A DNA stretch of 64,000 nucleotides from Leucoraja ocellata. Taxonomy: Eukaryota. The translations under genes and the position numbers were made by a program. Positions 12,800 through 24,429 of the stretch are shown here, in pieces (within the stretch, counting starts at the first letter, position 1; every line of letters starts with the position of its first letter). The stretch is taken from NCBI GenBank assembly GCA_036785375.1, contig JAWMAR010000148.1, positions 1,364,001 through 1,428,000 of the forward strand, in the 5' to 3' direction. Below the pieces are notes generated by a model. It saw nothing but the letters and a program-made list of their open reading frames with translations, made no database searches and was not told where the DNA came from.

Positions 12800-13520
12800 A
12801 TTCTAGAACATGTTAACATTAACAGATACGAGGTGTTGAGATGGTATAAATCCTCAGGGGTTCATAAGAAGTATTCAAGGCTGTTATGGAAGGCAAGGGA
12901 GGAGATTGCAGGGGATGACAAAGATTGTTAAATCTTTGCTGAACAAAGGGGAAGCACTGGATGACAGCAAACATGGTAGCTTTATTCAAGATGGGTAGCA
13001 GTGATAAACCATATATTTATAGGACTGAGTGTCCAATGTCAAGATTGTTATTGGGAAAAATTCTGTGGGACAAGATTAATCTCTACTTCAAAATGCAAGG
13101 ATTATTAACAATCAACATGGTTTTGTTGTGGGAGGACTCAGCCTGACCAACTTGACTGAATTTTCCAAAGTGACAAAATGTATTGAGGCCAATGCTGTTG
13201 ATGTGGTCCATATGACTACAGTAAAAAAGACTAGTCCAGAAGGTTAGAGCCCAAGGCATCCAAAATTAGCTTGGTGATTAGGAGGGAGAAGGTGATGATG
13301 GAGGTATTTTGTAATAAGGCTCGAACGTGGTGATCATTATATACATTAATATCTTAGATATGCAAGATGTTTCAAGATGACACAAGACACTCAGTAGTGC
13401 TGTTGATAGTGAGGGGGGGGGGGGGGAGAGGTTGGAGTCCTACATTGTAGAATTATATTGCTCAGCCGGTAAAATGGAAAAATAATGACTCCAGATAAGT
13501 GCCAGGTGATAAACTTTGGG
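12800..13520 (+). mobile_element. Degenerate CR1 RT fragment
   Basis: MTANMVALFKMG..DKP..YR, NQHGFV and DVVHM motifs. Confidence 0.65.
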
Positions 13521-13750
13521 TAGAAACATAGAAAATAGGTGCAGGAGTAGGCCATTCGGCCCTTCGAGCCTGCACCGCCATTCGATATGATCATGGCTGA
13601 TCATCCAACTCAGTATCCCATCCCTGCCTTCTCTCCATACCCCTGATCCCTTTAGCCACAAGGGCCACATCTAACTCCCTCTTAAATATAGCCAATGAAT
13701 TGGCCTCAACTACCTTCTGTGGCAGAGAATTCCACAGATTCACCACTCTA
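13521..13750 (-). mobile_element. Young CR1 (HER1-like) 3' end
   Basis: tagaaacatagaaaataggtgcaggagtaggccattcggcccttcgagcc; very similar to the copies at 27695-28028 and 62670-62910. Confidence 0.85.
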
Positions 13751-14126
13751 GGTGGGGTAGGGTAGGGTGTACATAATAAATGGTAGGGTCATCGAGTCGT
13801 ACAGTTGTATAGCTCAGAAACAGGACCAATGTCCCATCCCGTCCATGCCACAACTATTGCCTATAAATGCTAATCCCATTTGTCTGCATAAGGCCTGTGT
13901 CCCTCTACTATGGTCCTATCCAGGTACTTTATCCAAATGATTTGTAAACATTCTTATTGTATCTCCCTCTACCACTTTCCCTGGCAGTTCATTCTGTATA
14001 ATCATACCTTATGTATGGAAAAAGCTTGCTATTCAATTTTCCTTTAAATTCCTCCCCTCTCAGCTATGCTTTTAGTTTTAGACTTGTTCATCCTGGGAAA
14101 AGTACTCTATCTACCCTATCCATGCA

Positions 14127-14429
14127 TCTCCCCTCCTCGGGTTATTCACACCCCCTGCCCCCTCCATGGGTTATTCATGATTAAAGTTTCCAAAAAAAGC
14201 CAAAACAACCTTTTAAAACACCAGCTTGCAGTGACTAATCGACTGACCTTCTCCGGGTTAGTCACACCCCCTGCCCCGCCCCCCCCCCCCCCCAATGGTA
14301 CAGTGAAACAGAATATTCCACCACCTTCCACTGACGTTAGTGGGAGGGCCTAATTTCAAAAACAGCTTCATCAGCTCTCCAACACACACCGTTGGGGGAG
14401 CAGACCCAATGGGTCTGCACTTTATCTAG
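14127..14429 (+). mobile_element. Non-autonomous Helitron-like element inserted in a minus-strand CR1 3' end
   Basis: A|TC 5' junction, 8-bp hairpin GCAGACCC-AAT-GGGTCTGC (14400-14418), then a CTAG|T 3' junction. No TSD; the CR1 host resumes on both sides. Confidence 0.6.
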
Positions 14430-14567
14430 TCATTTTATAAACCTCTATAGAACCATCCTTCAGCTTCCTGTTTTCTCATGAGAATAAACCGAGTCTACCC
14501 AGTCGTTCCTTACAACTATAAACCTAATAGGATAAAATAATTGGAAAAAATAGATGTCGTCAATAGG

Positions 14568-14573
14568 TTTATT
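14568..14573 (-). terminator. Candidate polyadenylation signal (AATAAA) of ABHD17C
   Basis: AATAAA on the minus strand followed by U-rich sequence, at the boundary of an approximately 1.45-kb repeat-free AT-rich 3' UTR. Another AATAAA lies at 15662-15667. Confidence 0.55.
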
Positions 14574-16025
14574 ATGCACAATATTTCCTGTTTAATCCAT
14601 ATTTTGAATCATTTTTTAAACTGATTACACCAAAAAGGCTGAAATTGGTTTCTTGTTGTTTCTTACTTTACACAATGTTGACTTTAATTTTTTTTTCTAC
14701 ATTTCATGCATCTTTCATTCCATTGTGACAATTTGTTGCTTATGTATAACTTACAACAATTGGTATTGAAATCAAATATACAGAGGTCCTCATTACATTT
14801 AAGGCTTTGATCAGTTTGTTTAACATTGTCTTGCATTATTTCTGGATATTTCAATACAATCCCACGGTCAAAATCAACCTCAAATTTCTGGTCTTTCCAA
14901 CTGTTCCCATATTGATAATTGATATGTGATTTTTTGAAACTAAATGGCTGTACATCTTTTAAAGTTGAATGTGTAATTAATTCAGGGTATACAAATGAAA
15001 ACATCTCACAGGATAAAGCTAATAAGACAGTTATCACATCAATTCAACACTTGAAACTGAAAAGTTCCTATAACCTTGAAAGATATCACTGAAGAAGCAA
15101 TACTATTTAAGATGAAGACACAACACTTATTTTTGGAACTCCTCTCCTGAAATACAATACGCAAGAACTGTCAGTTAGTTCGTAACTTTACACATGTGAA
15201 AAAGTAAGCAGCCATGTACCATGTTTTGCACCATTAGGGAAGTATGAGGTATTGTTTAACAATTTTAATATGGAAATATCGTGACCACTTTAAAGAACAT
15301 TAGTGATGAAATGGAGTTTCCTTTCAATTTCATTGAGTTTTACAAATACAATACTTAGGGACAATACTATAAATATCTAGAAGGTAATAAACATTCAGAT
15401 TAATTAATCACATTGGTTTAATCATCTTTCAATGAAAGGCTGTTTTAGCTACTTATTCACAATCGCATACTCTGTCATGTTACGTTGTACAATAAATTTC
15501 CAGTTTATAAACTAGTTGCAAAAAAATAAAGGGTTGAGAGTAATCTTTGGTCATTATGACTAAACACAGTATTGGCAGCTGGTTGTACTCATCTCAAGCT
15601 TCAATCATCCAATATAAAAGAAATTTAATGTGTAGAGTACACCAATGACCATACTCATACATTTATTAAGTGACCAAAGAGAGATTTCTACTAAAAAAAT
15701 CAGGAAAATAGTTGCCAGGATGCTGAACAGCTTATATCCCCAGACAGTTAAACAATAATTTGTAATTCAGGAAATACTAAACGTAATAACAATCAGAAAA
15801 TATTTAAAATTACAGTAGGTGAACATTATTTCATGTGCAAGATACATAAATCATATGGATTTTTCCTGGTATAAAAATTACCGATTTTGTGCTGTTTCTC
15901 AAATGAATCAGCCTGAAAAGTGATAGCTTCTTGTGTCCTCAGAAGCCACAGTGGTCCAGTTTGACCATGTGCAAATTAAAGCAGTTCATCTATTCACATT
16001 TGCCTCAGAAACATCCACAGAGTCT

Positions 16026-16245
16026 TCAAGAAACAGGCAGTTCATGACTAATGAACTGTTTCAATCTTTCAAGGTACTGCGCGTAAAGCTCAATGTCATT
16101 GTGGCCGGCTCCCTCGACCCAGAGGGGTTCCACTGCTCTTGGGCATTGCTCGTACATTGTAAGACCATGGGAAAAATCAATCACTTCATCCTCAGTACCA
16201 TGAATTACCAGCACGGGAGAAGCTACCTTGGTTATCTTGTCAATG
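16026..16245 (-). CDS. ABHD17C: ABHD17C coding exon 3 (last)
   Basis: Acceptor ttttgtctctttcag|C; [28 protein letters not shown]...[28 protein letters not shown], containing the catalytic Asp and His. Confidence 0.97.
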
Positions 16246-16889
16246 CTGAAAGAGACAAAATAAAGTTTGAAATACAAAAGTAATAATCCATCAAAAAAAA
16301 GGATTAAAAAGCAATAGCAATTTTCATATTGATGCATTAGTGAAAAAGCCAAAAGGTGAATCAGACTCCAATTGGTTTAGAATTACAAGCTAAAAAACTA
16401 CTCATTTTAAGACTTTTGACAGTTGAAAGATCTTGATGTCATTATCATCACACACAAATAAGAGATCGAGGTGTACGTGAGAGTAGGGAAGCAGTGTTGA
16501 AACCATTTTGCCATAATTTTACTGTGACAGAGGAGGCTTGAACAGCCAATTGTCCTCCTTTTTGTAATAACAGTATACCACTCGCTTTCCCCAATCTGCT
16601 CTACCAATCAACATGATTATGGCCAATTTCATTTTAGCCTCATTGCCTATGAAGAATCAATTTATCTCTGCTTTAAAATAACCCCCCTTTGAGGAAATGT
16701 TCCAAAGTAAAGAGAGAGAAAAAACACTTCTTGTCCTAAATCTGTAACTGCTGTATTTTCAAACAATAATCCCAAGTTCAAGGAAAATCCACCTACATTC
16801 ACTCTGCCAAGTACCCTTTTACCACTTTAACTGGTACTCTTTCTGATCTGTTGAGTATTTCATTTGTTGTTTTTATTTCATAAGACTGA

Positions 16890-17230
16890 AAAATCATGAG
16901 GGGAATAGATAGGGTGAATGCACAAAGTATTTTACCCAGAGTATGGTAATCAATAACCATAGCACAAAGGGTTATGGTGAGAGGAGAAAGATTTAATAGG
17001 AACCTGAGGTGCACAGAGGATGGTGGGTATATGGAACAAGCTGCCTGAGGGAGTAGTTGGGGCAGGTACAATAACAACTTCAAAAGACATTTGGACAGGT
17101 ATAGTATGTGGATAGGAAAGATTCAGAGGCATTTGGGCCAAACATGGACAGGTGGAACTATCGTAGATGGGGGCATCTTGGACAGCATGGGGAATTTTGG
17201 CTAAAAGACATGCTTCTGTGCTCTATGACT
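16890..17230 (+). mobile_element. CR1 LINE 3' end
   Basis: KIMRGIDRVNA and WNKLPE motifs with the CR1 tail. Confidence 0.8.
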
Positions 17231-17319
17231 AAGATTGTGAGTTAATGTCTTACTTCAGACAATTCAGTATATTTGGCAATTCAACGATTTGGCAATATTA
17301 GCAACAGGCCATACTTTTA

Positions 17320-17577
17320 ATTTAGCCCACTGAATCCACGCCGACCAGTGATCACCCCGTATACTAACTCTATTCTACACACTAGGGGCAATTTACAGGT
17401 CCAATTAACCTACAAACCTGTAGGTCTTTGGAATGTAGGAGGAAATCAGAGCACTTGGAGAAAACCCACCTGGTCACAGGAACAACATACAAACTCCGTA
17501 CAGTCAACACCCGTAGTCAGGATCGATCTTGGGTCTGGTACTGTAAGGTAGAACTCTACTCCTGCGCCACTGTGCTG
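17320..17577 (-). mobile_element. V-SINE (HE1-like)
   Basis: tRNA-like head and V-domain (gtacggagtttgtatgttgttcctgtgacc) on the minus strand. Confidence 0.75.
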
Positions 17578-17814
17578 GCTGCTAAGCAATGTACATATTT
17601 TTAACTCTGCCTTCAGCATGACCAATTCACAACAAGCCATAGCCACAGTTGGATAAATGATCTCAATGCTTGTGTTGTCATGGCATTCCAGGTTTGTTTT
17701 AATAAATTTAAGCACTTGTTGAGCGAATAAATGGAAGGGTATTTTGCTTTGAAGGATTTAGTATATGCGCAAATTAATGTACAGTAATTCACTAGTGATG
17801 TGGGAGTGTTAGTA

Positions 17815-17940
17815 TGGAGACATAAGGAACTGCCGATGCTGGTTGACCAAAAATGACACAAAGTGCTACATTCAATGGGTCAGCAGCATTTCTGAAGAAC
17901 ATGTGCGACATTTCGGGTTGTGGCCCTTCTTCAGATTGCT
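17815..17940 (-). mobile_element. Penelope-derived terminal repeat with hammerhead-like core
   Basis: CTGAAGAAGGGCCACAACCCGAAATGTC (17934-17907) followed by the family tail ...ccagcatcggcagttcc. Confidence 0.7.
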
Positions 17941-18255
17941 TCATACGAAGATTTGTATTGCAGCTAAAATATGCTTGCCATACCATTTGCTTGCTAACAA
18001 TTTCTTATGGGTGATGGTATATTACTTTGTGCTTGAAATGTTTTGAAGTCCAACTATCTAAATTCCATTCTGTCTACTAATTGTGCAATTCAGTATATCA
18101 ACTCCTTATTTTCACAACAAAGTGCTAAATCAATTTTGCATTTAGGAATTAGTTGGTTTTTGCCAGAGAATTACAGTAATTAATTGATGACACTTCCTCC
18201 TCCAGTACAGAATCTAACTTTCAAAATTACGTTACCAGTACGTTTCACCATATTT

Positions 18256-18370
18256 AAAAGTGCTGGAATATCTCAGCACGTTGGCAGCATCTCTGGAGAA
18301 CATGCATAGCTGACGCTTCGGGTTGAGACAGAGGTTCACCTGCACTTTAACCTCATCTACTGCATCCGCA
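18256..18370. mobile_element. Penelope fragment: inverted terminal repeat joined to a GIY-YIG endonuclease remnant
   Basis: Inverted tail at 18256-18329, then plus-strand QRFTCT / NLIYCIR (frameshifted). Confidence 0.6.
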
Positions 18371-18379
18371 GTAAATGCT

Positions 18380-19000
18380 ACTTGGAGGGGTTTAAACTAG
18401 TCTGACAGAGAGGGGAAAAACAACCCAAAGTAGTAGTGTGGCAAATGAGAAATTTGAAGCAAATGTAGAGGTTAAAGCAAGCGTATTCATTGAGCAGGCC
18501 AATCAGGAGCAAGACAGGGAAGCAAGGTCTGATTTCCCTGACTGCATTTGCTTTAATACAAAAAGTATCACAGGTAAAATAGATTAACAGAGCATGGAAT
18601 GGCATATGATTGCAATATTTTAGTTATAACAGATACATGATAGGCAAGATTCGCAACTCATTGTTCTGGGATATCAATGCCTCTAGCGTGACAGAGTGGA
18701 GGAAAACGAGGTGGTGGTTGCACTGTTGATCAGGGAGAACATCGCAAAAGTACTTAGAGAAGTTAACCAGGAAGGGATTAGGGAAGAAGTCCAGTGAAGT
18801 AACCTGGGTAAAAATAATAAAAGGGGTAATGAAAAACCTCATCTCTCTGAATGGGATATACTAGTGTTCCCATCTTCCCAATTATCAGCAGGAATTTGAG
18901 ATGCAGATATGTAGATAAATCACAAATAGGTGTAGGAATAATATGACTGTGATAATAATTTTAGCCTCCCTACTATTGGCTACGACTGCCTTAGTGCATT
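18380..19000 (+). mobile_element. Degenerate CR1 endonuclease region
   Basis: YDCNI..T.TW, RGGGCTV.I.E and PNY remnants. Confidence 0.55.
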
Positions 19001-19518
19001 GTACATTTAACCTGTGCAGAAAATCTAGACAAAAATGTCTTCAGAAGCTACTCGTGCGTTAAATGTTGAAAGAATTGGCAGAGTAAATGAATTAGTATTG
19101 CAGTTTAACCCATCTGGATACCACTATTTATTTTTTATTTAAAAAAATCAAGTTTTTACCACAGTATTAAGTAATCAAAGCTACAGTTATCTAGAAAGAG
19201 TTACACATTGCATTTTAAGCTGATCAGAGAGAGCCAGCATGCTGCTGCAACATAATGTGTGCCTAACAGATAAATTAAATCCCATTTGGAAGCTAACCTA
19301 ATTATGGTGTTCAAGCTGATTCAAGAATTTGATAAATAAAACTTATTCTCTGCTTATTGAAAATGATTTCAACATGAAGAATTGCAAATGAAGATGGATT
19401 TTTAGATTTGATGAGAATCAGAGTTTGATCAAAAATTAAATCATTGCAAAATAATCAAATAGGTAGAATTGCTTAGGCTTCCTTTTGAAGGCTGTCAATT
19501 GAACGGCTTTAAGAAAAT

Positions 19519-19573
19519 TCCTGGAATTTTGTCTACCTTTGATTTTCCAGCATCTGCAGTTCCTTCTTAAACA
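19519..19573 (+). mobile_element. Penelope-derived 3' tail with TSD
   Basis: ttttgtctacctttgattttccagcatctgcagttccttcttaaaca flanked by the ttaagaaaat direct repeat (19509-19518 and 19574-19583). Confidence 0.65.
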
Positions 19574-20279
19574 TTAAGAAAATCCCTTGTAATTGCCATC
19601 CTGTTCTCATGACAGGGTTACATAAATTAGTAAATTAAGTAAAACTTACATCAAACAGCAAATTTCAGATTGACTTGGAGGAAATGAAAGCATGAAAATT
19701 AAAACCTGAATGCTTTCGAACACCAACTACAAAAGTGTGTTAGAGGGAGAACATCCTGCAATGAGTGACTCACCTTGATATCCTCAAATCTTTCCATCGT
19801 CTTCAAGGTGCAAATCAAGTGTCATAAAATACTCTCCACTTGGACGAAAGCAGATCCAAAACAATCATTGTTGGACACCATCCAAGTAATTCACTTGGCC
19901 AGAATTCTTTCCGTCATACTAAATAAACATTATTTCCTTGAGTAGTATGCACAACTTACAGTGTGTATCAGTTATAAGTTGTGTTGGCTTCTTCAAATAA
20001 ATTAGCATGAAATTTCAGACTATATTGAATGGATCAGATCTATGAAGATGCAATTATTTTGCAATCAGATCTTGCAGAAAGTATAAGGGGTAAAGAACAA
20101 TGTTGTTCAATTTGCCATCGGAATAAATATTTTCATGAAATTGGAAGCATTCTCTGCATGGTGGTTCAAAACAAATACCCTTAAGTAAAGACGGATATTA
20201 AAAAGGGAAGTAAATATTACCATGGAAAAGGGAGGGAGAGAGAGAGGGGGGGTGGGGGGGGCAATGGTATCAATGCTTC

Positions 20280-20413
20280 TCTGGATAGACACAAAAAACT
20301 GCAGTAACTCAGCAGGACAGGTAGCATCTCTGGAGAGAAGGAATGGGTGACATTTCGAGTTGAGATCCTTCTTCAGACTGCATTTAAACCAGCATCTGCT
20401 GTTCCTTCCTACA
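20280..20413. mobile_element. Penelope-derived insert (inverted repeat plus direct tail) with TSD
   Basis: Minus-oriented repeat with degenerate core CTGAAGAAGGATCTCAACTCGAAATGTC, then a plus-oriented tail; flanked by caatgcttc (20271-20279 and 20414-20422). Confidence 0.7.
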
Positions 20414-21467
20414 CAATGCTTCCCAGGCTCTGGCCTGCTGAATGTCCAGTGTTACCCATTCCACCTTGGGCAGCTGTGTATTTATTTCATGAATTCCTCC
20501 CCTAAAGTGACACACATTCCAGCACATGCACATTTAAAAATTTCAGTTTTTGTTATCTGCAACATCTTATTTGCTGCTCTAAGCCAAGCAATACTTAGTA
20601 TTGACCAGGGTTTATGGAACAATAAATACAAACATTAGACTGTTTACATAAAAAGAACATGTCTGCGCTGAAATGCCTATATTATGCCAGAACGTATAGC
20701 TTAAAGTTCATGGGGTTCCCAAATGGCACCATTCTTGGCCAGGATATTCCATAGTTCAGAGTAAGAATTTGGCCCTAGAATCCACATTTTTTGGATGAGG
20801 TATATACAGTCAATTCACAGAATATTTTTCATAACAGAACGCACTGTACAGCTTTGGATCAACGCAAATTGACAGTAGATTTTCTGACATTGATTATTTT
20901 CATTTATGCAAAACAAGGAAAAGAACAGACTTCCATTTATGTAGTCTCTGTTTCACAAGCAGCGACGACGACTGGATTTGCCTCCACGGCAAACACAGCA
21001 CAGCAACCCAAGGAATCATTCGATTCAGTAAAAAATATCTAAATAAGTAACTTTTCTTCAGAATTTAATAATCTGGTTTTTAATCTACTGCCTTTTGTAC
21101 ATACCTGTTATTTTACTAAACCCAAAGAGATAAGAATATTAACAGCTAATTTACATGAATCTTTTCTTGCTAATATACATTTGTATGTGACTTAATATTT
21201 ACAACCTGTAACCTGGATAATCTGTATTTAATTGAGGGTCGAAGGGAAAAGAAGTAGAAAATTACTTGAATTACTAAATATGTTTCTACATCTTAAATGT
21301 GATTAAACCACGGATTTCATTTTTTTAATGAGTTAATCCAGCATGAAAGAAAATTGGGTACATTGGCATGTGCCCAATTTGCAGTGTTCTCTATTTAATG
21401 AAGGGTTTAAAGTGTACAAATGAACAAAGTTTTAGTAATTCAGATCATCAACTTTATCAGCACATAC

Positions 21468-21647
21468 CTTGGAAATGCATCAAAACAGAATGTTTTCCTG
21501 GTATCAGGGAAGGCCACACGCAGGCCAGACATAAGAGGCGAATGGAGGATAACAGCTGCACATTCATAACGGGATGCAAGATCAACTGTTGGAACCGTGC
21601 CAATACTCTGACCATACAGAATAATGTTCTCCGGACTAACACCATAC
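21468..21647 (-). CDS. ABHD17C: ABHD17C coding exon 2
   Basis: Acceptor ttttctttcag|G and donor CCAAG|gtatgt; 180 nt. Reads [60 protein letters not shown] with the GxSxG nucleophile. Confidence 0.97.
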
Positions 21648-23589
21648 CTGAAAGAAAATAGACAAATCTCAGATTTGAACAAAGTAAAATAAATTCCTTT
21701 CCAATTATTCCAAATACAATGCTAAATATATTTATACTTTTACCCACCCTACTCTTTTTCATGGAGTTATTGAATGGCCACAGAATAGGAAAGCTATTCG
21801 ACCCATCATGCCCCCATCAGCTTTCCATCAGAGCAACTCATTATTTGCACATCATCCTCCCTCCTTCAACCTCCCTCTGTAGCCTTGCAAATGTTTACTC
21901 ACCATGTATTTTTTTCCCTCTTGAAGCCTATAAGGAAACCAGCCTCTACCACATCTGCAGGCAATGCATTCTAGATTCCAATCACACTGCATGGAAAGTG
22001 TTTTCCTCGTGTTTTTATATACAGCCTTGATCTACACACCCCAGTTAGGGGAAATATTTACCGCACATCTACATGTCAAGCCCCTGAAGAACTTAATATG
22101 ATTCAATGATTTTTCTCGCATTTTTATGAAGTTAAGAGTCAGCAAACCCTGCAATTCTCTTGGAGTTGTCATGCAAATGATGATCATGCCCATTCCACTT
22201 TTAGACCGACATAATTTACACAGATTCAGAAGCATCACTTTGGTCATTGGAAGGTGAGGGTAAACAGCAAGGAGATGACAATCTTCTTCTATGAAGACAG
22301 TCATAAGAATGTTTGAGCTCCCTTGGTATGTCTACTTTTTCCCCTGACCTTATAGTTAAGTTTGAGAGCTGTGACTATTTCTTTTCTGTGACTTAAGAGA
22401 ACTCCACTACAGGTTAGGTTAGAATTTTAATTGCTGGAACTGTAAAGCATCTAAACAGGAAACCCCTCCTTATGGCCTGTTGGGGTTTCCTATCCAAGAT
22501 CACCTTACATTTGTCCTTCTGGAACTCTCCTGATCATTCTCATCAACATCAATGAAATATCTTCTATTTTGCATAATTAATGCAATTCCAGCACTCAAGA
22601 TTCATGCACACTTGCCAAACTGAACATTTTATTTTCCATAATAATAACTGGTAACAATTAAAAGGGGCATTAACAACAGGGTGCCTCAAACCTGAATTCA
22701 ATAACAATTAGAAAGACAAAGCTTATGGGCATGAAAGCACCAACGCTTCCTTAAAATGTTACACGCCACACTGATTTATAAATATCTAATAGCATAATGA
22801 AAATAACTTGACCATGCCCTCTGCAGCAGTGACTTAATGCCAAATTTGAGGGCAATTACAACTAGGAAACACATGGCAGTAACATGTGGACCCTAATTAA
22901 AAAGTAAAGATTTTTAACCACTATATACGGAAAATTCAAATTCCCAGCATCAGTGCAAGAGATGAAAAGTACAGCTATCTGGGGTACCAAAATGATCCCT
23001 TAGTACACATCCAGACAGAAAATGAAGAAAAACTGGAGAACGTAAAAATAGTACAGGAAATCCAAGTTTGCAGTGAAAATTGACAAACATTCTAAATTAT
23101 TACCTTTTATAAATATCAAATTAAGATCCTGCAAACAATATTAACAACCAAGCAATAACTTTAGGCATTGCTTGAAAAATGCTTCACTTTGTTGCCAGGT
23201 CTGGCGTCAATGTGATTCCAGAGTCATCAGTGTGATCGACTCCTCACCGACTCTTCGATTCAGGAACAATAAAACATGGACATAGTACTGCCATTTGCCA
23301 ATGATAACCACATCTCAGGAACAAATATTAAAAAAAACATTGCAACTACATTCGTACCCACTTGGAAATGCACTCCTTATCGTTTACAACTTGAAGAATA
23401 GGTTAACATCTCATGCCAAGGGCCGACTCCACTCCACACCCACCATATGAAATAGAACTTCAGTAAAATATAATGTAACCATGACCCCCTACCCCCAGCT
23501 CCCCTTACCAGTCTCATCTGTCGCCACCCACGGGTTCTGATCTATTTCCACTACCCCTGAAAAGTCCAAAAATCCCTTCCCATACCAAT

Positions 23590-23870
23590 CTCATCCATGG
23601 ATGCATTGCAGCCTGGTTTGGTAAATCAAATGCCCAGGGACAAATGCTCTGCAGAAAGTTGTAGACATTGCTGAATCCATCACAGGTATTGAATTTCCTA
23701 TCATCAAAGGGATTTAAAGGAAGCACTGCCTCAAAGAGGCCACTAATATCAAAGATACACACCACCCAGGCCAGGCTCTAATTTTGCTGTTACCATCAGG
23801 AGCCAAAGAACCATAACCTCAAGGTTCAAAACCAGTTTTTCCCATCAACCATACCTTGAACCACACTTCG
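23590..23870 (+). mobile_element. Rex1/Babar LINE fragment
   Basis: GCIAAWFG, LQKVVDIAESITG, HHPGQAL..LLPSG and RFKTSF motifs. Confidence 0.7.
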
Positions 23871-24003
23871 CAACCCTGACCACAATACCTCAGCTCCGAC
23901 CTACTATGGGCTTTGTTTTTACTGTGTTCAGCTCCGATCTACTACAGACACCTCTCTCCCACCTGTCCACTAACCTTGCAAATCTCCCTTCCCATCCCCC
24001 AAC

Positions 24004-24143
24004 ACTTCTTCTTCTTGCGTATGGTGTGCACAGCCTAAAGTTGTAAGGCAATTTGTTCTATTTGATCTTATTTGATCGTGCACACCAGGTTGATTGCATT
24101 TGTCAAAACAGGGCGGACCACGTGAAGGGTGCAATCTCCCACT
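24004..24143 (-). mobile_element. Short retroposon ending in (AAG)n, with an approximately 12-bp TSD
   Basis: Near-identical to 60943-61069; flanked by ccatcccccaac and ccaccccccaac (one mismatch). Confidence 0.7.
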
Positions 24144-24429
24144 CCACCCCCCAACTCGACACCTCATCTCTCCGGCCTTCCTACAACACTTCACTCCTCC
24201 ATCCCTTAATGCCAACACATCTCTGTTGGATTGAATTGCAGTTATTTTAATGTGAGAGGTTTGACAGATAAAGCGGATTAACTCAGGGTATGGATAGGTA
24301 TGTGCAACTGGCATGTTGTAGCCATTACAGATACCTAGCGAATAGAGGGACAGGATTGGCAGCTTAATATTCCAGGTGCTATAGGAGGTTATAGAGACGG
24401 GGTAAAATAGGAGGGGGTGTTGCTTTATT

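Noticed and set aside
14684-15037. 117-aa minus-strand ORF
   Set aside because: Lies in the AT-rich ABHD17C 3' UTR, with a non-ATG start and no recognisable motif.
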